Below, one piece after another: positions 37,684 to 46,456 of a DNA stretch of 64,000 nt (the first letter of the stretch is position 1; each line of letters begins with the position of its first letter). Under the pieces are notes generated by a model. The model made no database searches. It was not told where the DNA came from and saw nothing but the letters and a program-made list of their open reading frames with translations. The DNA is from Candidatus Hydrogenedentota bacterium. Its GTDB lineage: Bacteria > Hydrogenedentota > Hydrogenedentia > Hydrogenedentales > SLHB01. The translations under genes were made by a program, and so were the position numbers. The stretch lies in the NCBI GenBank assembly GCA_963674865.2, contig CAXXYE010000007.1:32001-96000 (forward strand), in the 5' to 3' direction.

Positions 37684-39894
37684 ATGAAACAACTAGTCAT
37701 CATCGCGTGTTGTGTAGCTCTGAGCCTGATGGCCGGAGCGAGTGGATTTGACAAGCGCCAGCCGCGTCCAACGGGCTACGCCGAGGCCGGCGTAGCCGGC
37801 GAGGCGTCACGGATCGCTTTTGAACGCGTCGATGATCGCGCCGGCCTTGTCTACGACACGACGGCCCATTTCCCCCACGAAGCCGCACCGGAATTCGAGG
37901 TGAAGCGCGTGGCGGTCAATGGGGCCGAGGCGCCTGCTTTCGTGGTGCGCAACCGGGGGATCTTCAACGGCAACCGGCGGGTTCACGGCACGGAGGATTT
38001 CAGCGTGTCCGTGTACACCGGCTGGGAGCCGGGCCGGGAGTACTGCATGCTGGTGGCCGGAGTCACGTCTGCTGGAACGGCCGTGGCACTGGAGGTCAAA
38101 GGGCAGGCCGACGACAAGAGCAGCCCGTTGGGACTTGGTTTCAAGCCGCCCAGCGGCGATTTCCCCTACCATAGCGCCACCATGACGCTCCCTAGAGAAA
38201 CAGCCGAGCCAGGGGCGGTCGTGAAAGTGGAACTCGACGGCAAACGGCTGGACGGTAAGTTCTGCAGCTATGTCAGGTGCTTCAACGTAGGTATTCAGGA
38301 TCCCCGTGACGCCGGCCAGGCTGAAGGGCTGGAAGGGGAGACGTATACGGGCAGGATCGACGGCTCCCGCGATTTCCAGGTTGTCGTCCCGTGCGATTGG
38401 GTCAACGGCTCGGAGCATACCCTTCGCGTGACGGTAGCGCTCGACGCCGGCGAGGAGGAGGTCTACGAGGCGAAGGGAACGGCGCCGGGCAAAGGCGGAT
38501 ACTGGAACAGCGCTTGGCCGCACTCGGTATCTATCGCGCTCGAAGAGACGGTGGGCCTGCTGCGCCAAGGCGAGCCGGTGCACCTTTCGCTTGGGCTGTT
38601 CGCCGATGACGTGAAGGACCCCGCGGAGGAGATACGAGTCGTCACCTACGCGCCGAAAGATCCTAAGGCAGGGGATGACGGCTATGTGGTGGCGCCTTGT
38701 CAGGTGACCTCCGTCGCCGAGTGGCGCGACGCCAAGATGCTCGACCACGAGGAGCGTGACGCCGAGACAGGTGAGCTTGTGCACCGGTACGACCCGGCGA
38801 CTACGGTGGATTTGGTGTTCCTGGCCGATGTGCTGCCCTATGAGAAGAAGGTCTACCAGGTTCTATACGGCAATCCCGACGCCGAGGCCCTACCTCTGGA
38901 TACCGATCTCAAGGTCGAGCAACTCGGCGACAAGTATGCCCAAGGGATCGAGACGAGCTACTACCGCATGACGACGGCTCTGAAGAGCGGGGCCGTTGAG
39001 ACGGTGACGGTATTGGGTGAGGGCGCGCCGGTTCTGCTCGAGCACAAGCTGGAGACAAATGGCGCCGTGCACTGGAATCCCGGCGTTTATGCCCCCCCCA
39101 CACCTTGGGTGCACGCGAGCGACTGGGAATGGCCCGCGCTGGAGCAGATCTCCGGCCCTATCATGCACCGTACGCGGCGCTACGCGCCCTTGCCTCACAT
39201 GGACGAGAAAGCGGTGACGGCAGGGGTGTCGTACACCTTCTACGCTGGCCAACCATACGTGCTGATGTCGTCCATCATGGAGGTCCAGCGCGATATGTTC
39301 GTCAAGGCCATCCGCAATGGCGAGATCGTGTTCAATCATGCGGTGCTCGACGAGTTCGTCTGGATGGACCCGCTCGGGCAGGTGCAGAGTCTGCCGCTAG
39401 GGGACACAAAGAAGCATCCCATTCACGCGCTTGAAGTGCCGCAGGACACGCCATGGATGGCGTTCGTCAGCCGTGAGCACGGCGTGGGATTCGCATCGAT
39501 TGCCTTGGCGTACGAGAACACCAACCGCTACGGTGACCCGGCCAGCGAGGCCCAGCCGTACATCTACGTGCAGGTCGGCCCGTGGATCTACTGGTCGCGT
39601 GCCATGGTGTATCCCTTCGGCGGGCAGAATCTGACGCGGGTCATGCGGGCGCGGAAGGGCAGCATCTATCTCGAGGAGAATGCCTGGGTGCCATTCCGCT
39701 TGGCGGAGGGTGACGATCCCTTTGCCGAGATTGAGCGTCTCACCAAGCAACTGACGCACCCGCTGGAGGTCAGCGAGTGGATGAACGTGGACGATCGCAC
39801 GCCCGAGAAATGGGTTATGCCGATCCTGACGATGCCTTTCGACGAAGGCGTGGCCGGTGCCGTCAGTGCCCACAAAGAGAAGAAGGAGCAGTAG
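37684..39894 (+). CDS. Large secreted hypothetical beta-rich protein
   Basis: Signal peptide MKQLVIIACCVALSLMAGA; GGAGG RBS; paralogous to the next gene. Confidence 0.8.
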   Translation: MKQLVIIACCVALSLMAGASGFDKRQPRPTGYAEAGVAGEASRIAFERVDDRAGLVYDTTAHFPHEAAPEFEVKRVAVNGAEAPAFVVRNRGIFNGNRRVHGTEDFSVSVYTGWEPGREYCMLVAGVTSAGTAVALEVKGQADDKSSPLGLGFKPPSGDFPYHSATMTLPRETAEPGAVVKVELDGKRLDGKFCSYVRCFNVGIQDPRDAGQAEGLEGETYTGRIDGSRDFQVVVPCDWVNGSEHTLRVTVALDAGEEEVYEAKGTAPGKGGYWNSAWPHSVSIALEETVGLLRQGEPVHLSLGLFADDVKDPAEEIRVVTYAPKDPKAGDDGYVVAPCQVTSVAEWRDAKMLDHEERDAETGELVHRYDPATTVDLVFLADVLPYEKKVYQVLYGNPDAEALPLDTDLKVEQLGDKYAQGIETSYYRMTTALKSGAVETVTVLGEGAPVLLEHKLETNGAVHWNPGVYAPPTPWVHASDWEWPALEQISGPIMHRTRRYAPLPHMDEKAVTAGVSYTFYAGQPYVLMSSIMEVQRDMFVKAIRNGEIVFNHAVLDEFVWMDPLGQVQSLPLGDTKKHPIHALEVPQDTPWMAFVSREHGVGFASIALAYENTNRYGDPASEAQPYIYVQVGPWIYWSRAMVYPFGGQNLTRVMRARKGSIYLEENAWVPFRLAEGDDPFAEIERLTKQLTHPLEVSEWMNVDDRTPEKWVMPILTMPFDEGVAGAVSAHKEKKEQ

Positions 39895-41691
39895 ATGGAT
39901 GCCAGGTATCCCGGCGGCTGGGCCGGAAGCCTTGTGCGGGCCGTGGGCCTTCTCGCCGCGGTATCCGTGTTCTCGCTAGCAAGCTCCGAAGCCACGGCGG
40001 CCCGCGTCAAGAACGCTGAGAAGGGCAGAGACGTGGGCGACGGCGTCGTGCTGTATGCCACGCCCTATGACCCGGCGCGCGTCGACGCCATGATGTTCGT
40101 ATCGCCTACGGCGGCGCACCCTTACTACGAGGTGGTTGTCCCGGTGGGGGAGTGGGCGGAAGGGAAGTCGGCGCGTGTGACGAAAGTCACGGTTAACGGC
40201 CTTTCATGCGAGTCTTACTACGTATTCGTCGATGGCGTGTCCCATGTGCAAAGCGCGTGGATAACCGATAAGAGTGCCACGGCTCACAACGTCGTTCTTG
40301 TGGCACGGACGCTTTGGCACAGCGGCGAGGGCATTGTCGTCGAGGCCACGCTCTCGGCTACCGGCGATGACGGCAAGTCAAAGACGGTGGAGAAGTCGTT
40401 CGAGGGGCGTGCGCCGCGGCGTGGCGGCGGCCCGGCAGGCTGGCGGCGGTACCAGTCATTTGTACTGGAGGAGCGGGCCGGCCTTGCCCGCTCGGACGAG
40501 CCCGTGGAATTCTCCGTCGTGGCGCGGGCCGAAAACTGCGGAGATCTCGAACGAGAGATTCGCCTGTTTCGTGTCGACGCCAAGGAGGGAGCGCTTGAAC
40601 CTGTCAATTTCCAGACGTTTAACGCGCGCGAGTTCGGCGGCACGCCCCCCGGGACGGCCGATGACTACTATTTGTACAATCCAAGCCGTTCCGTGGACGT
40701 GGTTTTCCTGGCCTCCGTTCCTGCGAAGTCGTCGGGCGTCTATGTCGTGACGTACGACAATCCGGACGCTGAGATGTGCGCGGCCCAAGCCACTGATCTG
40801 ACGGTTTCAGGCCCTCCCCTGGGCGCGGTTGTGGAGAACCGGTTTCTCCGCGTGAAGCTCGACGATAAGTGCGGGCAAGTCGTGTCGTTTGAGCTAAAGG
40901 GGCGTTCGGAGAGGCCCGCACCGTTGCTCTCGAATTCCTACAGCCTTGCCGCCCACTGGAATCCCGACTCGTTCTCGGATAACGGGAAATGGGGCCATAC
41001 CTTCGCCTGGGATCCGCCGGAGCATACGGTTGTGACGGCTAATGGCCCGATTCTGTTCCGGGTGACGAACAGCGGCCGTATGCCCGAGTACACCCCCCAG
41101 GTTTGGGCATCCGTCACGTACTCGTTCTATGCCTCAACGCCCTACGTGAAGGTGAAGACAACTACGCAGGTGCGCGACCCCTTGAACGCGTCGGCCATTC
41201 GCAACGGGGAACTCGTGCTCGATTCGCACCTCGTCACCCATTTTGTGTGGAAGGAGAAAGCCGGCGGCGTACGCCGCGTGCGCGCCGTGCACGGGCCCGA
41301 TTGGCAGGATGAGTGGACGACTACCGTCGAGCATGACGTGCCGTGGATCGCCATGACAAACGAGTTTGACGACTACGGCGTGGGCGCGGTGGTTCAGTCA
41401 TCCCTGGCCTTCAACGCCAAGTCCGGCGAGGCCACTACGCACCGGAGCGCCTACTACCTCTACGTACACCATTTCTGGGCGGTTCCGCTAACTTACTTCA
41501 CCCGCGCCTGGGTGTATCCCTTCAGCGATTACCAGCGCGGGCCGATTCTGCCCGTGGAGCCTGGTTCCACCTATGTGGAGGACATGGCGTTTGTGCCGTT
41601 CTTCCTGCACCACGGGCGTGCGCGTTACGGCGAGATTGAGCGGGCAAATACGGTGTTGAAGCAACCACTGGTGCAGCGCTGGGGACGGTAA
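39895..41691 (+). CDS. Secreted hypothetical protein, paralog of the upstream gene
   Basis: ATG directly after the upstream TAG; shared LEExxGLxRxxEPV, HWNP, YxFYAxxPYV, AIRNGExV and RAxVYPF motifs. Confidence 0.8.
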   Translation: MDARYPGGWAGSLVRAVGLLAAVSVFSLASSEATAARVKNAEKGRDVGDGVVLYATPYDPARVDAMMFVSPTAAHPYYEVVVPVGEWAEGKSARVTKVTVNGLSCESYYVFVDGVSHVQSAWITDKSATAHNVVLVARTLWHSGEGIVVEATLSATGDDGKSKTVEKSFEGRAPRRGGGPAGWRRYQSFVLEERAGLARSDEPVEFSVVARAENCGDLEREIRLFRVDAKEGALEPVNFQTFNAREFGGTPPGTADDYYLYNPSRSVDVVFLASVPAKSSGVYVVTYDNPDAEMCAAQATDLTVSGPPLGAVVENRFLRVKLDDKCGQVVSFELKGRSERPAPLLSNSYSLAAHWNPDSFSDNGKWGHTFAWDPPEHTVVTANGPILFRVTNSGRMPEYTPQVWASVTYSFYASTPYVKVKTTTQVRDPLNASAIRNGELVLDSHLVTHFVWKEKAGGVRRVRAVHGPDWQDEWTTTVEHDVPWIAMTNEFDDYGVGAVVQSSLAFNAKSGEATTHRSAYYLYVHHFWAVPLTYFTRAWVYPFSDYQRGPILPVEPGSTYVEDMAFVPFFLHHGRARYGEIERANTVLKQPLVQRWGR

Positions 41692-41721
41692 GGGCGCATA
41701 GGAATTGCGGGAGAGAGGCCG

Positions 41722-41886
41722 TCAGTCGCTCGCGGGGCGTTGGGCTTTCTCGTGCCGCGCACGCAAGGTGCTCAGGAGCGTCTTGATATCGCGCGCGCCC
41801 TGAAATGTCACCCACACGGCCAAGCCGGCAAAGAAGACCACGACGACGAGGAAGACAACCTTCCAAAGAAGCATCCAAGACGCCAT
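41722..41886 (-). CDS. 54-aa single-TM protein coupled to the sodium:solute symporter (not in ORF track)
   Basis: AAGGAG RBS inside the symporter 3' end; MASWMLLWKVVFLVVVVFFAGLAVWVTFQGARDIKTLLSTLRARHEKAQRPASD. Confidence 0.75.
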   Translation of the reverse strand: MASWMLLWKVVFLVVVVFFAGLAVWVTFQGARDIKTLLSTLRARHEKAQRPASD

Positions 41887-41888
41887 TT

Positions 41889-43487
41889 CTATTCTCCTTT
41901 GCCGATAGGCTGTCCGGCCGGGGCCCTGTCAGGGAACAGGAGCGAGCCGACTACCATGGCTACGACGGCGAGGCCGATTGTGGCCAGTCCAACGCGTGCG
42001 CTCGTAAACGACGCGAAGCGTTCCGGGTCGATGCGAATGAGTGCCGCGAGTCCCTTCTGCACCCCGCGCAGTCCGAATACGGCGAAGCACCCGGCGCACG
42101 TAGCCAGGACGGCGCCCGTCGAGCTGGCCCTTTTCCAGTAGAGTCCTCCCGTCAGTACGGCGAAGGTTCCCGCGAAGTAAATGGCCCCGGTGATCGCCAT
42201 GTAATCCCAAAGGTCTTCACGGAGGGGGAAGAGGAAGCTGATCAGGAAGATAAACACGCCGACGGCGAAGATGAGCCAGCGCGTCAGCTTCACCTCGGCC
42301 CGCTGCGATAGCTTGCCGCCCATGAGGGGGCCAACAACATCGTTAGTGATGACGGAACTCCAGCAGAGGAAGTAGCTGTCGTGGGTGGACATGAACGCAG
42401 CCAGCATGGCGGCCGTGATGATGCCTATGATGCCGACGGGCAGGATCCGCCCGAGGAACATAGGCATGGCGTAGAGGGAATCAAGTGCCTCCGTACCGGC
42501 TGCCGCGGGTGGTGGGAAGCCTTCCGGGAAGAAGGCATCCCGCAGGGCCGGCGTCTGCATGATCATGATGAAGGCGCAGGCGCCCCAAAAACAGGGGATG
42601 ATGACGCGGATGGCATAGGATACGGACGCAAGCGTGAACTGCCGTTTGACGACGCGCTCGCTCTCGCTGGCCAAGGCGCGTGCCACCGAGGTGGGCCAGA
42701 GGGCGCAGCTCGCGAGGCCCAGGAATACCATCCAGACGACGTAGTCGAAGCCGAAAGTGCCCTCCGCGACAAAGGGATTGAATCCTTCTTCGCCTCTGAT
42801 TTCGCTCATACTGGCGAAAACCTGTGTCCATCCTACCTTGCTGATGGCCAGCGCCGTGGCGATGAGCAGGCCGAAGGAGAGGACGACAAACTGGACGTAG
42901 TCGGCGATGACGACGGACACCATGCCGCCCATGATGGTGTAGAACAGCACCAAGACGAGAAGGATGAGCATCACGATCATCAGGGCGTTGCCGCCCGGCG
43001 GCAGGCCTGTGATGCCGACGATGAACATCGAGCCGGCCTTGAGGAACATCCCCATGTTGAGGATCCCCGAGAGGGCGAGGACGAGGCCGCCGAGGATGCG
43101 CGTCTTCTGGCCGAAACGCCGCCCATAGAAGTCGGGGATTGTCAGGACTTCCTGCCGGCGCAGGGCGGCGATGATGAAGCCCGTAATGCCGACAACCAGT
43201 GTCGTCACCCCGGCCACCAGCCCAATGTGAAACGCCGCGAAGCCGCCTGTGAAACCCTTCTGGGCGTTGTACATGACGGTAACCAGGCCGAGTTCCGTCC
43301 CCGTCAGCGTGGCGATGCCGAGGGCTGTGCGTACGCCCCGCCCGGCGCAGATAAAATCGCCCATATCAGCCACGTATCGCCGCGCGATGAGGCCGATCGC
43401 GACGGATATGAGGGGATACAGGCCAACAATCACCCAGTCCAACGCCGTGAAATTCGTTTGGCTCAGGATCGCAGCGAGTTGATCCAT
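41889..43487 (-). CDS. Sodium:solute symporter (SSS family)
   Basis: DFICAGR, TIPDFYGRRFG, YTIMGGMVSVVIADYVQF and AMLAAFMST motifs; many TM helices. Confidence 0.93.
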   Translation of the reverse strand: MDQLAAILSQTNFTALDWVIVGLYPLISVAIGLIARRYVADMGDFICAGRGVRTALGIATLTGTELGLVTVMYNAQKGFTGGFAAFHIGLVAGVTTLVVGITGFIIAALRRQEVLTIPDFYGRRFGQKTRILGGLVLALSGILNMGMFLKAGSMFIVGITGLPPGGNALMIVMLILLVLVLFYTIMGGMVSVVIADYVQFVVLSFGLLIATALAISKVGWTQVFASMSEIRGEEGFNPFVAEGTFGFDYVVWMVFLGLASCALWPTSVARALASESERVVKRQFTLASVSYAIRVIIPCFWGACAFIMIMQTPALRDAFFPEGFPPPAAAGTEALDSLYAMPMFLGRILPVGIIGIITAAMLAAFMSTHDSYFLCWSSVITNDVVGPLMGGKLSQRAEVKLTRWLIFAVGVFIFLISFLFPLREDLWDYMAITGAIYFAGTFAVLTGGLYWKRASSTGAVLATCAGCFAVFGLRGVQKGLAALIRIDPERFASFTSARVGLATIGLAVVAMVVGSLLFPDRAPAGQPIGKGE

Positions 43488-43637
43488 GTTCTTCCTCTGC
43501 CTTTCCTACCGATGATCGGCCCGTACAGGTGCGGAATCAGGGGCCGTGAGGCGGCATGGTATCATAGCCCCCCGGAGCGGGCGCAATCCGGGCGCAATTC
43601 GGACGCCGTCAGTAGTATGGTTCACCAGAAACAGCCG

Positions 43638-46049
43638 TCAGCGGCGCAGGAGCCACACCTCCGCCACCTGGCACCCTCGCCCGCCGATGAGCTGCCACTC
43701 GAGTTCGAGGACACCGTCGCGCGTCACGGCCTGCGGCACGTCGAATTCAAGAGGAGCGGGCACGCCGCGCGGCTGCGGCAGAGCGGTGTGTATCTCATGA
43801 GCACCGTCGGCTACGAGGCGCATCGTCGGCCGGAAGCGGCCGGTGTAGATGACGCGCACACGGTACGCTGCCTCCGGGGCGAGATCTTCGTAGCGCACGC
43901 GCAGCGGCGCGCCAAAAAGCGTCTGCGCCTGATCGAGCCAGGAGAGACGGTAGGGCCCCTCGCCGCTCCGGCTGTATTCAGCCTGCGGCGAACTGACGAA
44001 ACCCGGATCTTCGGCGAACGTATGCTGATGGACGAGGTGGGGCTGCTTGGACGCATTGCCGAGGTCGTCGTAGAAACCGCCGGGGCCGGGGACCTCCCAA
44101 TCAAGAACGGCGGCAAGCCGCGCCAGTCGCTCGGAGTCAGGATAGTTCTCTTGGATATCCTTCGCCTGCGCCTGAAGCCATGGCACATCGCTCAACGGCA
44201 CGTCCAGTGAATCCAGGACGGCGCCCCGCTCGCGAGCGCTGGCGCCATACGCCTCAACGCTGAGCTGCATTCCGATTGTCTTGAAAAGGGCGCCGCCAAT
44301 CTCCTCGATGCGTGGCCGGAGTTCTTGTGCTCTTGGGGCGCCCTCGGCGCCGTCCACGAGGGCCTGGGCCGCCGCTACGGCCTCATCGAATCCGATTTCA
44401 GGCGCACGGGCCAGTGCCGCGCAGAAACGCTGCTCCAGCTGGGCCTCGGCCGTGGCCTTGGATTGGATATAGGCGTCGTAGTAGGCTCGGAAGAGTCCCA
44501 TGAGAAACCGCCAGTTCCCTGCCAGTGCATCGCCGCCATCCCTTTCGAGTTGCTGCCATGCGGCGAGCGTCTTCTTGACGCCTTGGTTCAGCAAGAGGGG
44601 GCCTCGCCAGTTTTCTTCCAGTCCCAGTAGGCCGGATGCTACTTGCTCCTGGTACTTGGGGCCGATGAAGTAGCGTCCGTACTCCCGCAGGATGTCCTTT
44701 ACATCCGCGTCCGGGTTCCAGCCTAAGGCCGTCCAGACGATCTTGTTGACGTCGTCGTTGACGCCGTCTGAGTACGAGACAAATCCTTCCGACATCGGCG
44801 CGAGCAAGTTATGAATGCGGGCAAAATCCGTGGGGCGTGGATTGATAGGTTCGCGGCCGAGCGTATGGGCGAATGCGCGATCCCATTCCGGTACGGGATA
44901 CTGGCACCTCAGGCAGTGGGTGATATCGGCGTACTGCACGATGGGATAGCGCTGGGGCGTCCTTTGGCGCTCTTCCGCGAGCGAGATCTTCGTCCACGTC
45001 CCAAACACCATGCCGTCCAGCCACGCGGGATTCTCCTGCTCCAGGTAGTTGAAGAGGTAATCGTTCCAGGCGTGGGAGAATGCCTCGTTAGAAAGCCACA
45101 CCTCGGCCTTGGGATGAAACTCATGCAGCACCGCAGTCATGTTCTTCACCCATGGCAAGAGCGTCTCCGGCGGCGTGTCGCCCGGGTCGCCTCCCGGCAC
45201 GAACACCACGTCGATGCGCGGGCAGCTCTTGAAGAGGGCGCGCCGCTCCTCGAGGGCGGCGCTATCAGCGCCGGCCTCGGTGATATCTTCTTCCACAGGC
45301 AGCCACAGCCAAACATTCAGGCCATACGACGCGATCAAAGCCGCCAAGTCCGAGTTCATCTCCCAAGGGGGCCGGGGCATGTGCTGGCTGCTTCGCTCCG
45401 TAGGACCGACTGGGGGAATGAGTTGGATCGTATTGGCGCCGAATACAACCAGATCGCGAATGTACTGCTCGTATCGGCCCAAATCCCAGGCATCGTAGGT
45501 ATTCGATTTGCCTCGATAGCCGAGTTCGTGCCCGCGGGTCGCGTACCGGGGGGCCGTGGCAACGCACGTGTCCGGCGCAAGCGATATGTGGCCCTTGCCC
45601 ATATCGAGGAGCCGCAGAAGCCGTCCTGAGGCGAAAAGCGTACCGCGCACGTCTCGCCCGACGAGGCACACCGTAGGAGCCTTTCGCGTCGCTTGATCCA
45701 CCCAAATCGCGAAGCCGTCAGCCTTCTCAGGAATCCTCGCTTTTGCCTTGGGCGGCATGAGATCGCTCGGCATGTCCGCGAGCGTGGCCAACACAATGGC
45801 GGGACGCGAGGAGCGGGGGAGGTCTTGCTTTGTCTTGAGATGAATTCCACTCCGGGCAAATACTTCGTCCTGCAGCAGTTCGGCGGCCTTTGTCGCGACG
45901 CCGGCATTCCCCGGCACGACAATGACGCCCTGGCTTAGATCGACGGATGGAGCATCGGCGAAGACGGTGTAGCTGCAGCCCAAGAAAACAACCATTGCCA
46001 GAGCAACTTCCCAGCGAAAACTGCGCATCGGAAAACCCTCCTGGTGCAT
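43638..46049 (-). CDS. Secreted putative glycoside hydrolase of unassigned family (GH20/GH67-like N-terminal domain)
   Basis: Signal peptide; AAELLQDEV..RSG and DGF....VGRDVRGTLFASGRLLR N-domain pattern; barrel-like core (FVPGGDPG, YSDGVNDDVNK). Confidence 0.6.
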   Translation of the reverse strand: MHQEGFPMRSFRWEVALAMVVFLGCSYTVFADAPSVDLSQGVIVVPGNAGVATKAAELLQDEVFARSGIHLKTKQDLPRSSRPAIVLATLADMPSDLMPPKAKARIPEKADGFAIWVDQATRKAPTVCLVGRDVRGTLFASGRLLRLLDMGKGHISLAPDTCVATAPRYATRGHELGYRGKSNTYDAWDLGRYEQYIRDLVVFGANTIQLIPPVGPTERSSQHMPRPPWEMNSDLAALIASYGLNVWLWLPVEEDITEAGADSAALEERRALFKSCPRIDVVFVPGGDPGDTPPETLLPWVKNMTAVLHEFHPKAEVWLSNEAFSHAWNDYLFNYLEQENPAWLDGMVFGTWTKISLAEERQRTPQRYPIVQYADITHCLRCQYPVPEWDRAFAHTLGREPINPRPTDFARIHNLLAPMSEGFVSYSDGVNDDVNKIVWTALGWNPDADVKDILREYGRYFIGPKYQEQVASGLLGLEENWRGPLLLNQGVKKTLAAWQQLERDGGDALAGNWRFLMGLFRAYYDAYIQSKATAEAQLEQRFCAALARAPEIGFDEAVAAAQALVDGAEGAPRAQELRPRIEEIGGALFKTIGMQLSVEAYGASARERGAVLDSLDVPLSDVPWLQAQAKDIQENYPDSERLARLAAVLDWEVPGPGGFYDDLGNASKQPHLVHQHTFAEDPGFVSSPQAEYSRSGEGPYRLSWLDQAQTLFGAPLRVRYEDLAPEAAYRVRVIYTGRFRPTMRLVADGAHEIHTALPQPRGVPAPLEFDVPQAVTRDGVLELEWQLIGGRGCQVAEVWLLRR

Positions 46050-46191
46050 ATCCCGTCAAGTGCCGTCACTTGTGTGCGGCGCCGTCGCCGCGACTCGCGT
46101 ACCGGGTGCACTTCGTGCCTACCTCTCCCGAACAATCGAGTGCTCAAGCCTAGCACATCGGTGGAAACCGCGTACAGACATGTTTGCGCGG

Positions 46192-46312
46192 TGTCAACGC
46201 AAAGTAGAAATGTCCGATCTTGGACAATTTAGAAATGTCCGGTTGGTGCGTGGGCGTGGTCGAGTTATCCAAAGGGTGTGGGCAGGAGCGAAGCAGCTGT
46301 TTACGCCCCGTC
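46192..46312 (+). mobile_element. Solo/diverged end of an IS1202-type element (IS remnant or MITE-like)
   Basis: TGTCAA start, two TAGAAATGTCC repeats and cgagttatccaa...cag..gcgaagcagctgt, colinear with 34826-34948. Confidence 0.75.
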
Positions 46313-46334
46313 GCGACAGCCGCCGACACGCCTC

Positions 46335-46363
46335 TTGAAAACGTACAAGAGCCATGCTATATC
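46335..46363 (+). promoter_or_regulatory. Putative sigma-70 promoter of the HEAT/HD-GYP operon
   Basis: TTGAAA-N17-TATATC with extended -10 TG. Confidence 0.5.
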
Positions 46364-46456
46364 CATAGGGTGATTTATGGCTTCGCGAGTAGGCGCGGAG
46401 CCACTGACAACGCGGCCTTTGGGGGCAGCTACGGCGAAAGGTCGGACGGGATAGCC

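Noticed and set aside
42381..44210. 609-aa plus-strand ORF
   Set aside because: Antisense shadow of the SSS symporter and GH-like gene; no motifs; typical of high-GC codon bias.
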